64,000 nt of DNA from Camelus ferus (lineage: Eukaryota): assembly GCF_009834535.1 (NCBI RefSeq), contig NC_045697.1, positions 33,854,001 to 33,918,000 of the forward strand, read 5' to 3'. Under the pieces are notes generated by a model. The model was given only the letters and a program-made list of their open reading frames with translations, was not told the DNA's origin and did no database searches. The position numbers and the translations under genes are program-made. Below, in pieces: positions 39,530-53,788 of the stretch (its first letter is position 1; each line of letters begins with the position of its first letter).

Positions 39530-39870
39530 GTCTTGCTTTGCCTTCCCGATCCCTCTGCTTAGTATCTTCCTACCTTATTTCTTTCAAGCCCCTATTTAGA
39601 TACCATTCTATCAAAGAGATATTCCTGACCTTTTTATCTGAACAAGACCTATCTCTCCCCTTTCCCTCAACGCCATCACTCTATGTCTTCTACTCTCACT
39701 TTGATTTTCTTCACGATACCTAACATATTGTGTATCTCCATGTTCTAATCTGCTCAGTGCCACTCTTACAAAAAAGGTAACCATCATAAAAGCAATCTGT
39801 CTGTTTGGTTAACTAATTTGTAGACCATTAATAACAATGTGTGGATTAAGTAAATAAATGATTGAACTGT
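39530..39870 (+). mobile_element. L2 3' fragment
   Basis: ttctttcaagcccctatttagataccattctatcaaagagatattcctgacc. Confidence 0.55.
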
Positions 39871-40179
39871 GAATATGAAATTCTGATGTGACCTTCACTC
39901 CAGCTTCATACTTCCCCACTACAATGTTCAGAGTATCTAGTAGCCAGATGTTTACTCCGTTTGGTTCTGTGAGGAAAGGGAGTTTTCTAAAGAATGAATA
40001 AATGGTCAAAAGCAAACTGCAACAACTAGTGTTGATGTTCATGCTTTGTGCAAATGAGTCTTTCCTAACATAACAGCCACCTCCCTATCAATTTACTCAA
40101 ATCTACCAACTTCTAGTAAGCTTATTTCTTTCATTCTTAAACACAATGATGAATCAAAATTAGCTGTATAATTGAAGAA

Positions 40180-40526
40180 AGCATGTGGGATAACAATGAT
40201 CAAGCAGAACAAACAAACACTTTACTCTGGAAGAAACAAAGAAAGTAATAATAAAACATTTTAACAAAATCTAATTTATATCCCTAAAGAGGTTTGAGAA
40301 GATATTGCATGCTCAGAACTAGAGCAAGAGGCTATGAAGAAGGAACAAAAACAATAAAGAGCTCTTCATAATTAAAAATATACCAGCTGAAATTTAAAAA
40401 GAAAGCCCAAACAAGGAAAAAGTAAAATCAAGGGACTCCTCCACAATATAATTAAGAAAGAGAGAAAAAGAGATAAAGAAGATTGGTCCAGGAGGTTCAA
40501 GCTTCAATTATTAGGGATTCCAGAAA
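40180..40526 (+). mobile_element. HAL1 / L1 ORF1-like remnant
   Basis: gagaagatattgcatgctcagaactagagcaagaggctatgaagaaggaac...aaagagctcttcataattaaaaata...tccaggaggttcaa. Confidence 0.65.
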
Positions 40527-40529
40527 TAT

Positions 40530-40973
40530 GGCTCACAATATTTTTCCCATTATTCCAGTTTCTAGTCCAGGATCACAGATAGCATTTAGTGGTCATGGCT
40601 TTTTAACCTGGAGCATTTCATCACTATTTGACTTTCATGATGTTGATATTTTTTATTTAGCCGGCAACCTATTTTATAGACTAGCTCTCAATTTGAGTTT
40701 GTTTGATGTTTTCTCATAATTAAATTCAAGTTATGCATTTTTGGCAGAGATATTACAGAAATAAGACTGTGTTCTCCTTGCATCCCATCAGAAGGCACTT
40801 AGAGTTGGTTTGTTCTGTTACTATGGCAATTACTTTGATCATTTGGTTAAGGAGGAGGCCTCCAGATTTCTCCATTATAAGTTAGAATTTTCCTCCCTGC
40901 AACTGCAAAATAATTCTTTGACATTTCATAAATATCAGGTTTCTCATCAAATTTTATCCACTAGTCTTAGCAT
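40530..40973 (-). mobile_element. L1MC-like 3' UTR fragment
   Basis: caatttgagtttgtttgatgttttctcataattaaattcaagttatgcatttttggcag...ctttgatcatttggttaagg. Confidence 0.8.
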
Positions 40974-42399
40974 GGAAATATGGTATCTTACATGGTAAGA
41001 AGGTAAAAGAAAGTTTGAGGGAATATTAAATTTCTGTTTTTATTTCTGTATTCAAGAACTTTCAGTCAGTATCTCAATACTTCAAGAAAATTATAGGGAG
41101 ATTTAAAACCAACAAAGTTGATTTCATATGTTCATTGTTATTTGTAATTTCAAAAAAAGGCATCTATTCTATGTGTGCATTTATTTAGTAATTTAGGGTA
41201 TTTCTAACAATAGGTTAATAATCAGTTGTTTCTAATCGTATGTCACTGAATCATTATGAAGCTGAAAATAAAGGTTGTGTTACAGTTTTTTCATCTGTAC
41301 TTTGGAAAGGATTAGTGCTGTTTATCCTATCATGACAAGCACTGGGTAATTGTACCATCTATTTACTAATAATTAAGGGGTGGGGTTATATCACATGAAA
41401 TATGCACAATAAAACCACCCATAACTAGCTTAATTTGAAAAAAAAGATAAGGAAAGAAAACGAGATAACAGACTGATGTCACCAATGTGTGGCTCTGAGA
41501 AGGCCAACAATAATTAGAAATAAAATTAAAATTCCCAAATACAAGCGACAGAACAATGATAAAGGTCCTCAGGGAAAAGACCAGAAAGATTTAAAAATAT
41601 ATAAAATTTGATTTATTTTGCATAAATGATTGTATTAGATTCTTTTAACAAGTGGTCCTACAAACTTAGAACTATTACCAGTTACAAAAAAATTATCTGT
41701 GAAACTTATATGAATGGACATTCCTAGAAAATTTGAGTTTATTCTTGAGTAGTGATTTTAAAAAGGAGAGCTTCATTTTCCTAATGTGTAGCAAGCACAC
41801 TCTGTGGAAAAGGGAAGAAAGGGACATTAGCGAAAGCTTTGGCTGGAAATGCAATGAAAGACAAATAAAACTAGAGTGCTTAATAGATGTAATGAGTAAA
41901 GGAGAGTAGTAAAAAGAACAAAATATTGTCATTCTGGAAAGGCTAGAGCATGACTGTTGGACTTTTTTTAATGATATTGGTGAGATGCTACTTTTAGGGG
42001 GGAAGGTTTAGAGTTCCATTTTATCACGGTAAGCTTCAGAAACTGGCAGCATGACTATGAGAGGCAGCCTACCAGCAGCTGATTAAAGAGACAGAGAGAT
42101 TAATGCTGTTAACATTAAGTCACTTTTTATGCAGACAAATCTATGGCAGTCCAGATGACTCCCAGGGGAAGCAGACAGAGAAGGAGGGTGCAGCACCAGG
42201 GGTTTCACTTTCCGCACAGATTTCTGCACTTTCTGCGCTTATTTCTTCTCCAACCACTGAAATGTCTCTATGAAATGTCTCTTCTTTTTCTACACTTAGA
42301 CTAATTCCAAATATAGACGCCACTGGAAACATTTCAGTGGTTGGAAAAGAAGTGAAAGTATCATTCTCAGATCTTATGTCACTAAAATTCTAATGATAC

Positions 42400-42990
42400 T
42401 CCCTTCTAATATCTCTCTCATCTGTCTCTTTTCTCCATCCCTACTGCCTATTCTTTGATGTAAGCCTGAATCATTTCCTGTGTCAGTCAACTAGCGGTCT
42501 CTGCCTCTAGCTTCTTTAACCTCCCTCTCTAATCTATTTTCTGCACCACTGTGCTATCAGAGTGATCTTTACAAAATGTTCAGCTGACCAAAGCATTCTC
42601 CTGATAAATATTATTTACTGGCTCTCTTATGCCTTCAGATTTAAATCTAAATTATGATACAGACATATTTACTTCTCAGAATTCCCAAGTCCCCTGTGTT
42701 ATTAAACATGCAAGCCCTTCTAAAAATGCCGGATACTTTACCTGAAACAGCCTCTCCTCACTTCTTCACCTGAATAATTCCTACTTTGCCTAAAAAACTT
42801 GGATGAAATGCCACCTCTAGGAAGCCTTCCTTTTCCCTAAAATAGGTTTCCTTCCTATGTGCTTATGTAACATTGTAGGTTTTCCTCTATTCTATGTTCT
42901 GTCACATTATGATTACCTTGAGTGACTTGCACAGCCTTAAAAATAATAGTTCTCAGTAGTCCTTGTCAAATGAAAGAGGGGGAAAAAAGA
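42400..42990 (+). mobile_element. L2 3' fragment
   Basis: ctcttttctccatccctactgcc...cagagtgatctttacaaaatg...aaatgccacctctaggaagccttcc. Confidence 0.7.
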
Positions 42991-44879
42991 ATGAAGGCCA
43001 TCCTAGGGAGGCTTCAGAACAGAGGATAATTCTGTACTACAGAGATTAAAAATAAAGAAAACTTATTAAAACAAAGACTTAATCAAAATGACTGCTGAAT
43101 ATAGCTAGAAGATCAGGGAAGACCACAATCATTTCACTGAAATGGAAAGTTTTGCTGATTTTTGGGAAATAAAAAAAGTGTGTTCAATTCAATCTGATAG
43201 AGCTCATTCATAAAATCATATTTAATTCAGAGATTCTGCTGTACTTTAATAATACCATAGTCTGTAAGTGCCCACATAGTAGCATTATGGATATCTGTAG
43301 ACCTATATATACATACTTTATAGAGATAAAACTAACTCCAGACTAATATATCAGAGTTATTTTAATCTGGCATTTAATTTTATTAAGCAGTTGGACACTT
43401 AACAAAAAATGTTTAGTGTTTGCGCATGTAAGATTACTAAGAACAACACCATTATAGTAAAGCCTGCAGTGTAGAAAGCAAAGTTTCCAATCAATTTTTT
43501 TCCCCAAAAATCAACCACCTGCAAAGAAATAATCTAAAACCACCACACAGAGACAGGAAGAATAGGATTAACTTTACTAATATAAAAATGGGGGAAAGGG
43601 GATGTAGGAGGCTAACTTGCCATGACAGTTAATTTGTAACCAAGTCCTGCCCTAGCATTAACTTGGAGAGTCAAAGCTTGAAAAGCCATTCCAAAATGAT
43701 CTTTAAAAAGATGAGGAAATGGGAGGTTTTAGGAAGATATCTGGACATGAAGCATGAAAACAGGATAGCCAGGGATCAGCGAGCTAGGGGGAGAAGAAGG
43801 AACAGCAGGAAAGAGGGATCTGGAGGTGGACTGGTGAGAACCAGAGAGTGTCATGATTGTCCTTGTCAAGCCTCTGCTTGGTTTCTAGCATGATTGCTGT
43901 GGGCTGATTGGACCATTTAAAGGACTGAGATCAGAACAGACAGGTAGTAAGATATCTTAAGCAAAATTTTAAAAATAGTAGATTTTGTCAACCAGAGTGG
44001 AATGTTATATTTACTATTGTTCACCAAACTGTCCATGTAATACAGAAGCCCATGTCCTCTTGAGACACATAAAGAGGGAGCCAATAACTAGAAGTAGCCA
44101 TGAGCGTGATTACTTCTCTAGTTTGCAAAATTTGTTGCTATTTGAAAACTGAACAAAATTTATTGCTAGCAATGAGTAACAAGAACATTTGTCTCAATTC
44201 TAGGAACACAGGCTTACACGGACTGATATCCACAAAAGTCTTGTCAACCCTTCTTACTTAATGATAAGAATTTAAGGCATTTGGTTATTGGACCAGTCTT
44301 CTTGCCAATTCTACTAAAATTCGAACCATACAATTATATGTAACCAGTAAATCAAGTTTTGGGGAACTTTTCAACTAAAATGAATTTAATCTATTTCAGT
44401 TCAATATATGTATATATAAACAAAAGAATACAAAAAAAAACCTAATTAGACCCAGGAAACTACAAGAATTGAAGTATCCATATATACCAAAGCAATTGTG
44501 ATTAAATTAGCTATTTCCATTGTATTGAAGTGAACTTTCCTAGAAAAATCTATTGAAAGTTTCCTGGAACATAGTGGCATTTAGTCAGTATAGATTGAAG
44601 GTTGCATAGATGGCAAGTTGCAACTTACCGTTGATCCTCCATTAAATAAAATAAAGTCTATGGTCTTCAGTTTTTAAGAAAATCTCCTATGGGTACTTAG
44701 GGAAGAAGTAAATTTACTGATTCAGGCCACTGGCGTAACATAGATGTTTTGAAAGTGAAAGAGAGGAAGAAGATGCCTATTAACCTGACCGAATTGGAAT
44801 CAATGTCTTGAGAGTGACCTTCATTGATGAGTGTCATAAGCTACTGAGCCAATTCAGCTTGACCACTGCAATTGACATA

Positions 44880-45418
44880 CATGTACTTGTCCAGAATCCC
44901 TTGGTCAAGGGAATAACCTGCCCTTCCCCTTCAGTAATCCTTTTTAGTCCACGTGGCTCTGATAGGACTGACAAGGTCAGGCATGTCCCAAACATGACCA
45001 ATCTGGGTCCTTTCTCAACCTGGCCAGAGTGACTATTTGAAACATAACCATATAATCAAAGCTGGAACAAACAGAATCTTCCTAGGGACTTTTGACAGAG
45101 CTGTTAAGAAAAATACACTTTCCTTTGGGAATCACACACTCTAAGGACCTCATATTCTTGGTGTTGCCAGAAGCCATCTCTCAGGCATATGAAGCTGTGC
45201 CATTTGAGAATGAAGACAAGCAGAGATGAGCAGAGCTGAGAGACAGAGTAAGGCAGAGGTCCGACATCATTTGATACCTGCATCTAGCTGAGCCCTGAAC
45301 AAAAAGAAGCTCCTTTTGGCCCTCTCAGCTATGTGAATAGGTGAGCTCCCTCATTTAAGTTTAAATGAGTTTGCATTGAGTGTCTGCCACTGAAATTAAA
45401 GGAGAGCGGACTAATTCA
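44880..45418 (+). mobile_element. Old MaLR LTR (MLT1K/L-like)
   Basis: agtccacgtggctctgatagg...gagaatgaagacaagcagagatgagcagagctgagagac...gacatcatttga...gactaattca. Confidence 0.75.
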
Positions 45419-45970
45419 CCATAAATGGCTTAAATCATTGGCTCCCGAACATTGGGGGTAAAAGTGTGACTATAATAATTCAAAGACCAGCCTCCTTGGA
45501 CCTCATCTTTTACACTTCCAGCTATTTCTACTCCTTCATTCACTTGTGCATCTGGTTTCTCTACAAAGATAAATTAACTTTTTTAATTGATCAGGATTGT
45601 GACTCTCTCTCATTTCCCCCACAGACTTTAAATCCTTCACGCAGGTTTAGAAGCATATCACTGGGAATTGACAAGCTTCGAGAAAGTGATGCCTCTGAAA
45701 CAGTCCCCAACAGTAAATAAATACATCATCTCTAACATTCCTCACCTCAGCAAAGCAGGCTTGTAACCAAGGCCTCCAGACAATAGTCTCAATTGCTTGC
45801 AGGCTCCCTATCGTCTCAGTCCTTTTGCTTTTAACTCACCACCAACGTATAAATTTACATTATTTATCTACCTCTATTTATCTACCTTAGAACAACTGAG
45901 GAAGCTTTATAGTAGTTGACATTAGGCACTGGTATTTTGAAATCACATCCTTGAGAAAGTGAAGATCTCT

Positions 45971-46143
45971 TAGTGTTTAAGCCTGTGTTTGAATCATAAT
46001 CACCTGAAGAACTTGACCAACTGTAATCTCCAAGGGTCTCACTCTGGCCCTGCTGGATCAAAGTTTCTGAGGGTGAAGTCTAGGAATTTTCATTTTTAAT
46101 CAACTTTCCCATTGGCTTAAGTCTATAATTTGAAACTATAACT
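45971..46143. mobile_element. MER5-family (hAT-Charlie) remnant
   Basis: aatcacctgaagaactt...tctaggaattttcatttttaa...tttgaaacta. Confidence 0.6.
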
Positions 46144-46249
46144 ATTGAAACCAGCACATAATTTTGACCACTAACTTAGATAAATTTAAGTTAGTTTATT
46201 CTTAAGGCTTTACTTCTACTCTGGCATTGTCTAAGTTTGAAGTGAATGT

Positions 46250-46375
46250 GGATTACCCGAGTCTTGTTACAACGCACAGCTCTGGGCTGGGCCTGAGATC
46301 CTGCATTCTCAACGAGCTCCCAGGCAGTGCTGATACTTTATGTCCACGGACTACACTTTGAATAGGGCAGCTCTG
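46250..46375. mobile_element. MER5A-like remnant
   Basis: tctgggctgggcctgagatcctgcattctcaacgagctcccaggcagtgctgat...gactacactttga. Confidence 0.75.
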
Positions 46376-47184
46376 GGGCTCCCCACAAAGAATGTGAAAC
46401 AAATCAACAAAAATGCATACGAGTAAGAAGAGTAAGTAGGAAATCTGGGCGATGGAAAAATAAAAGTAGAACAACATAGATGAGAGTATCACATGGAAAC
46501 ACAGGTTGCCTCACACTTCACAGTGGTAGGAGAACGCTGCAATTCTATTTTCCTGGCAACTAAGTCAAATAAGAAAAAAACACACCCTCCCAAGTTTCCC
46601 AGGATGATAAAAAGCAAAACAAGCCTTAAAAAGATGCACAGATCTGTGAACACTGTGAGATACAATGTATATCATATTTTTGTCTGTCTTTTTCTTACTT
46701 TAGCTCTCATATCAGGTTCCAGGGCATAATAAGGAGATGTAATTGAGAAAGACCAGCTCTGTTGGAGCTAAAAATTTCTGGTCAAAATATGCAATTCTCT
46801 GGTGACTTTGCTTTGTACAAATGTAAGACTTATAATAGCTGAAGTAATGGATGGAATGCCCTCTAAGCAGTTTAGATGCCAGGGAAATTTGGAAAATCCT
46901 AAAAGGACTACTAAACTCTTCTGTTCTTCCTTGAAAAAGGACAGAATTGTCTTAGCATTATCACATTTGTCAGGTGTAAGGTAAAAATAGTACATTAGCA
47001 GTGACATGTAAAACAAAATGGGAAATCAGATCCCACAAACTGTGAGTTACTGGGCTGTGGCACTAAAGTTTCCTATTACTTTTTTTTTTTTTTAATTCCC
47101 ACCAAGAGAAGGAACCCCTTCCTCTTCTTCTACTTTGGGTCATACATACATTAGCCCATTATTTCTTTGATCTGAACTGTATAA

Positions 47185-47870
47185 TTCAGAGATCTTTGGT
47201 TCTAAAAAACCAGAACCAGCTTAAGCTGGTTTATCTAAAAAGGGCATGTTTCCTATATGGATTCAGAGGCACACGTGATATTCAAATTATTTAACAACTC
47301 CCAAATCTCAGCCTTCTTTGCCATGAGCCTAACTATTCCTCCAGTGATTATGTATCATTGTGTTTGTGAGACAGATATTTTTAAAATGAGCAAGACTGGA
47401 GGGTAGAAAACAGTTAAAAACGAATACAGCATGGGTGCCCATTAATCTGAATAGACTACAGTCATAAACAGACCGACGTTTCTGCTCTAGTGAAGTCAGC
47501 TGAATTCCAGCCCTGTGCAGGGGTTCGATGCTCACCACGGCTGGGGCTGACGTGGGCCTCGGGAAAGGAATGGAACCTGGTATTAAAAATCCAACAGGCC
47601 TCCTTCTCCATTTCTCAGAGTCGCTCCTGTCTGCCTGCCTGCTGCATTCTTTTCTCTCACATAATGTTCTGCTTCTTAGTCTGCATGACAAGTAGTGGAT
47701 GCTAACGCACAAATTCTCAAGTTAAAAATCTCCCACAGAATGATAAGTTCTTTATTCAAATTCAGAATTTGCAGAAGAAAGGAGTTGGTCACCCCTGCTG
47801 CAGTCAGACGATTCTCTCCTAGTCCAGTCTGCTGCAGCTAGGGGTGCTGGGTCGCGCTGTATACAAAATG
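47185..47870 (-). mobile_element. Old MaLR LTR (MLT1-like), probably interrupted
   Basis: tctttggttctaaaaaaccagaaccagcttaagctggtttatc...; ...agtccagtctgctgcagctaggggtgctgggtc. Confidence 0.5.
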
Positions 47871-48284
47871 CTATTAAAAATTCAAGTGGTTCCTATGCAT
47901 GTTGTGTCTTACGCACCATGAAATGTATTCCTTTCACTATTTTTATTTTGTTCTTTTATCTTGATTCATTCACATCGTATCGTACTATTTTGTGAAGTTC
48001 TACGGTCTCCCCCGATTTTTCTGAAGTTGATAATCATGTCTCTGAGACGTTTCATATCTTTAGCTTGTTAAGCCAGGAAGAAAAACCTGTAATCTTGGAT
48101 ACTTGGCTTCTTCTCTGGAGACACATGAATTTAAGTAAATATAAATTTCTTTCACACTGAACAGCATCCCAAGACCATATGTTAATAGGTGACCAACCTT
48201 TTAAAGATGGTCCTGAGCCAATAACTCAGATAACACAGAAGCAGTCTCTCTAACCATCCTCCCCTTGAAGTGACTGTTTTGTTC

Positions 48285-49420
48285 ATCTGACTCATCTATC
48301 AGTTAATTCAGAAATTATTTCTCGAGAACAATAACTATGAGCTAAGCATCACTTAGATGCTAGAAAGAATGGGTGAATAAAATAATTCCATCCCTGGGGA
48401 GCCTACAGTATAGAAAGGAGACATAAAGAAACAGGTAGTTTTGGTAAATGTGATCAATGTGAAGTAAAGGTAAGCATGAGGTGCTGTAAGATTTCCAGTC
48501 TTGTGAGGTGAAGGAATTATCCCCAAATGAAGGGACATCTAAGTTGATGCCATCAATTTAGGACTAAATTATGGGAGATGGAGAGGAGGCACAGGCAGAG
48601 AGTGTAGTCAGAGTTGGGGCAAAGGCGCAGAGAAGTAGAGACGCTAAAAGGCATATTCAGAATGTTGGTGTATGATGGCACGAGAGAACTTGATCCATTC
48701 AGTAAGTGATAACTAAGATTTCATGACTAGAGAGTAGAGTTCATCATGGAGGAAGAAATGAGAGATGAGACTGGACATATAAATAGATCATAAATGGTCT
48801 GAAATATCATGTCAGGACATTTTAATTTAATCCTGAGAGCAATGGAGAGCCATATGAGAAAAGTAGAGACATGATCAGATTCTCATTTTAGAACACGATT
48901 ACTCTGACAATAATGTGAAAAATGAATTTGAAAGGTGGGTGAATTGAAGGCAGGGAAACCAATTAGAATTGTACAGTTATTCAGAAGAAAAACGATGGTG
49001 TCCTGAACTAAGACTATGGCAATAAGTAGGAGAGAAGGGGATAAACTTGAAGGTTGACCCTTAAACAACACAGATTTGAACTGTGTGGATCCACTTATAT
49101 GTGGCTTTTTTTTCAACAGTAAATATCGTGGTACTGTGTGGTCCAAGGTTGGTTGAATTGAAGGATGCAGCATGTGGATATGAGGAACCACAGATACAGA
49201 GCGTAGACTGTAAATTATTGCAGATTTTCAACTGTGCAGAGTGTCAGCACCCCTAACTCCCAGGGTTGCTAAAGGATCAATTGTGTTTAGAAGTTGTAAA
49301 TGAAGGAAATTCCTAACTGATTGGATGGGGGAGGAGAGCCCGAGTGAAGGAGAAGACAAAACCAAGGATAACACTTAAGTAAATCAACAACAGATAGGGT
49401 GCCTAGGATGTGCAAGGTAA
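48285..49420 (-). mobile_element. L2 fragment interrupted by MER8
   Basis: ggagcctacagtatag...tttaatcctgagagcaatggagagcca...gacatgatcagatt...gaaggcagggaaaccaattag. Confidence 0.8.
49051..49283. mobile_element. MER8 (TcMar-Tigger MITE)
   Basis: TIRs gttgacccttaaacaac / gttgctaaaggatcaattg; internal tttgaactgtgtggatccacttat and cacccctaac. Confidence 0.9.
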
Positions 49421-50100
49421 ATGGCTACTACTTGACACAGTGATGGTCAGTCTCCTTTGTTAGCATTTGCTTGTATATTACAAGATAAATACATTTTGTC
49501 TTGTTATCAATTTCCTTCTATCAAAATCATCTCATGTTTAGAATCATCTAGTCCTCATGGAAAACATGATGTCTTTGACCTTCCTGTTGGGAACCAGAAA
49601 TGCAGTTGTATTTTTTATTATGAACTAAAAATATGCTGTGAACTGCATTCAGAAAGTCTGTACCAATACTTTGAGCAGCAGCTCCCTGGTAGGACTTTTT
49701 GATGATGTTATGGAATAAGAGCAGCCAGCTAAAATGTTTCCCCACCAGTGTCTGGCAGGTCAAAACAGGATGCAAGGACAATGTCCCTAAACACAAGGAT
49801 TCCACATTTTTTCTCTCTTGTTTTAACTTGTCAAGTGAGTGAGCAATGCCCTTCCGGCAGTGCTGACCCCAGGCACATTGTGAATTGTATAAAATCTGTC
49901 TCCGTGGTCACGGTCGGTAGCTCTCATTTTCTCCTCCCCTGTCATTCTCCTTCCCTTTAGGCATATCCTGCTCTAAAATGGCAAGGGTTTCTGCTGATTG
50001 CTCTCTCTGGACCGGAGGAACACACACACATACACACAAACACTTTCAGGTAAAGGTTTTAGAGTAAACCATAGGGACAAAATAATGTAATACTAGACAT

Positions 50101-50447
50101 TTATTTTTTTCATTGAAGTATAGTTGATTTACAATATTGTGTTAGTTTTAGATGGACAGCAAAGTGATTCCATTTTATGTATATTTATGTATTCTTTTCT
50201 ATTATAGGTTATTACAAGACAGTGAATATAGTTCTCTGTGCTGTACAGTAGGACCTTGTTGCTTATCTATTTTATGTGTAGTAGTGTGTATCTGTTAATA
50301 CAATACTTCTCATTTATCCCTCCTCCCCTTTCCCCTTTGGTAATCATTGGTTTGTTTTCTATGTCTGTGAGTCTGTTTCTGTTGTGTAAATGAGTTCACT
50401 TGTATTAGTTTTTAGATTCCACATATGATATTTGCCTTTCTCTGTAT
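50101..50447 (-). mobile_element. Truncated L1 3' end (cetartiodactyl type)
   Basis: attgaagtatagttgatttacaatattgtgttagttt...tttagattccacatat; same family as 3976-5268. Confidence 0.92.
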
Positions 50448-51162
50448 ATTCACCTTTTAGTTTTATTTCCCCTAGAATTCTACGTAGAGCGTGGATGTAC
50501 ATATGTAGACATGTGCATGGCACATGGATGGAGAAAACAATTTGGAGGTGCTTGCCATATCAGACCCCACAAGCAATCAGCTAGTTCATTGCTAGGTCAG
50601 ACTGACCCTGGATCTTGGTATTTGTATTTGCATAATTTAAAAAAATAACATTGCTTTTTTGGTCGAAATATTCTAAATATACTACTTAGATGCTAGCTGG
50701 GTGAAGAATAATAACAATAACAATTATGTCAGCTCACATCTATTGAAAGGCTTGATAACAAGCTAGGTCTCGTTTTATTCCTCCAGCCCACCAATCTTAC
50801 GCCTGTCTTAGAAACTGGAACTAGCCATGTTTCTCTGTGGAACCTCACTGAGAATGGAAAAGCTTTCTGTCTTGTCCGTTGTTGCATCCTCTGCACTGAA
50901 AGCTATCTTTGCTGCATAATATACACTGACTACACATCTCTCAGTTTACAAATGAATGCTGTTCATTAATTGTTTTATGTGTATTTATCTTTTCTCCCTG
51001 ACCGCACTGAAGGTGGAGGCATGATACATTTTATATTCCACGCTAGAACTAAAATTCTAGAACCTAAAATTCTAAGTACTAAAATATTACTGATAAGGTT
51101 GAGTGACTAATTTTGTTACTATCTGAAAAATAGACAAAATTCAACAGAACAGCTTTAGAAGG

Positions 51163-51629
51163 TACGTTGGTTTCTGACACCTGCTGTAATAAATGACCAC
51201 AAGCCAGGCGACTTCAATTAGCAGAAACTTCTTTCTCTCAGAGGTCTGATGGCTAGAAGTTCAAAATCAAGGTGTCAGCAGAACTGTGCTCCCTCTGAAA
51301 ATTCTAGAAGAGGATTCTTTCTTGTCTCTTTCACCTTCGAGTGGCTGCAGGCATTCCTTGGCTTGTGGCCACATAACCCCAAGCCTGGTTTTCATCTTCA
51401 CATCGCTTTTCCTCTTCTTCCTTGTTCTCTCCATGTAAGTTTCTTACAAGGAAGGACGCTTGTCATTGGCTTTAGGGAATACCTGAATAATCCAGAATGA
51501 TCTTGTCTCAAGATCTTTAACTTAATTACAACTGGAATGTCCCCTTTTCCAAATAAAGTTATACTCTCAGGTTCTGGGAATTAGGATATGGACATATCTT
51601 TTGCGGGAGCCACCATTCAGCCTGTTATA
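51163..51629 (-). mobile_element. MLT1C-like MaLR solo LTR
   Basis: tagaagttcaaaatcaaggtgtcagcag...ggcattccttggcttgtggcc...ttaacttaattaca...ttttccaaataaag...gacatatcttttg; TSD-like gaagg/caagg. Confidence 0.9.
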
Positions 51630-51634
51630 CAAGG

Positions 51635-51840
51635 CATGGGATAGTAGAAAATGTACAACTCTGGAGTCGGGCACACCTGGATTCAAAACCCAGCTCAGAT
51701 ATTTACAACTGGCCTTTTAAATCTCTCTCAACCTCAGTTTTTATTATGATTATATCTGCTTTTATGAGTCCCTAAGACTACCATGTGACATAACGTATAG
51801 CAAGAGAGTGGGGAAGTCCATTGTAAATGCTCAAGGAATG
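51635..51840 (+). mobile_element. MIR SINE
   Basis: ctctggagtcgggcacacctggattcaaaacccagctc...aacctcagttt...gtaaatgctcaa. Confidence 0.7.
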
Positions 51841-52859
51841 TTTCCAATTCTTCTCACACTGTAAGCACCTTGACTGAAAGTACTTAAGTAGTTCAAGGTT
51901 TTCTTCTGAATACCAGTTGTAACTTTTATGGTATTTTATTGGCTATTTCTCTTCTCAAAACCTTCTCAGGAATTCTCTCACTGTTGACTCATAACCAAAT
52001 TTGTCAAACAATATAGTCTTACAATGAAGTGCAACAAAAGCTGTTTGGGACTTATAACTAGGCTTCTGTCCTTGGGAGTTCGAAATCAACATTCATTTTT
52101 GGATATCTGGAGGGAATTACAAGTGATGAGGATGGGCCCTTGTTCCTTGGTGCTGTTGACTGGGAAAAGCTAAGTGGATCATTAGTGCATCATTGTGTCT
52201 TCTATGACACTGTGTCAAAGAAATAGTTTCTTTTAAATACCAGAGATGCTTGCCTCAAGTTCTTATTTTGAGAACACCAAGAATCTCATGAGATAGTCTT
52301 TACTTAAAACAAAATTAAATATGAGTATGAATGAGATTAAAGACTTCAATAAAGGAGCAGAATATATAACTCTCAGACACATAGAACTTCAAAAATCCTT
52401 ATTCATATGCCAAATTAATTAATGTAAACTTGGGTGGCAGGGGAGGGGTGCATGGTCACAACTTCATAGCTAGAAATAAGATAGATCTCTATATTATATG
52501 CTGTGTTCAAAAAATTATTTCAGTGTCTCCAAGAAATCACTCTTAACACTAACTGATCAGTTTATTCATCAATGCAAACATCCAAGATTGTTAAGGAGTA
52601 CCTGTTATATTCTGTACGTTGCGCATGACATGGTAAAAGAAAACACATAAACGCTGCTTTCCTGAAAGGCAGAGCCAAGGCAGGGCCACAGACAGACATG
52701 TAAATAGATAAATGGAGTGTGATATACCACGTTTAATGTGAAGACATAGCAGTAGCATAGAGAGTATCTCCCTTGGGGTTCCAGTGCTTTGCAGAATGTC
52801 TGGCACATAGTAACTATTCAAAAATAGCTCGCAGATGAACAAGTGATTGCCTTGGGGTA

Positions 52860-53450
52860 AGTTTCAGTCAGTAGACACATCTAAATCAAAAAGATTGAGA
52901 TCCTAAGCTAGGCAATTTCAGGTTGTAAAGAAAGAGTTGGGTTCCTGTTATTTGAGTTGATGATACCTGGAGGAGTTCTAAGAACTGGTAACACTCAGTA
53001 CCCACATAATTGGGCTTCACTGGGAAATCGGACCCAGCTGAGTATCCATGATTGGCTCCCGAGATCCCCAGCAATGCCATTCAAGTGACTCAGTTGCTTG
53101 TTGCTTTTGCTTTATCTGTAAGCACTTCTGGTCCCCCTGCTTTCATCAGCAATTCTTGCTAGCCTCCTTCCTTTTTCTTTTCCTCAATACTGCTTCCTCT
53201 CTGTGTGTCTTTGTTTCTGCTCCAGGCTGCTAACAATGTCCCCTTTCTGTGTGCCTTAATCTTCCAACTCAAGAGGGATTCTCTATACAGTACAGAGCAC
53301 ACGTAATGTGCAGAATGAATATGCAAGGACAATTCACAGCTTACTGCCCAGTCTAAGTCCTTTTAAGTCCTTTCTTTGCATCAGACCTGTGGCTAGTCTG
53401 GGGAAGTCATGTGACCAGAATTTGGTCAAATATGTATAAAAACTAATGTC
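52860..53450 (-). mobile_element. Possible very old MaLR-type LTR remnant
   Basis: Pyrimidine-rich middle and ...ctgtggctagtctggggaagtcatgtgacc resemble reverse MLT1; family uncertain. Confidence 0.3.
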
Positions 53451-53582
53451 CGTGGACACGGGTCACCCTTATAGAACTATTTTACCTGCAGCATAACAAT
53501 CACAGTGTGGTGCCCAGTGGTGTCGTGAGAACAATTGAAATAAAGCATCCTCTTGGGGTATCCCGAAGTCATACCTGCAGTA

Positions 53583-53788
53583 GTTACTGTTTGTTGAGTA
53601 CATAATTGTATACTAAGTGCTGTCTTAAGCCTTTTATCTTATATCTCGATTAACTTCAATCTAATGGTAAGGAAACTGGACCTCGGAAAGATTAAGTGAA
53701 TTGGCAACGGATCTGGTAAGAAACAAAGCTGGAACTGCATTTGGATCTATTCGGCTCCAAACCCTGTACTCTAATTGTGATACCACAT
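53583..53788 (-). mobile_element. MIR SINE
   Basis: tttgttgagtac...taaggaaactggacctcggaaagattaagtgaattggcaa...ctccaaaccctgtactct. Confidence 0.75.

Noticed and set aside
40816..40830. Second X-box-like 14-mer identical to 54773-54786
   Set aside because: Lies in an L1MC remnant and lacks the terminal C; shared 14-mers are expected by chance in 64 kb
42141..42332. ORF with EISAESAEICAESE repeat
   Set aside because: Explained by a short ttctgcac-type nucleotide repeat; no other coding evidence
51043..51085. Three ~14-bp tandem units (ctagaactaaaatt)
   Set aside because: Ordinary slippage repeat with no spacers; not CRISPR-like
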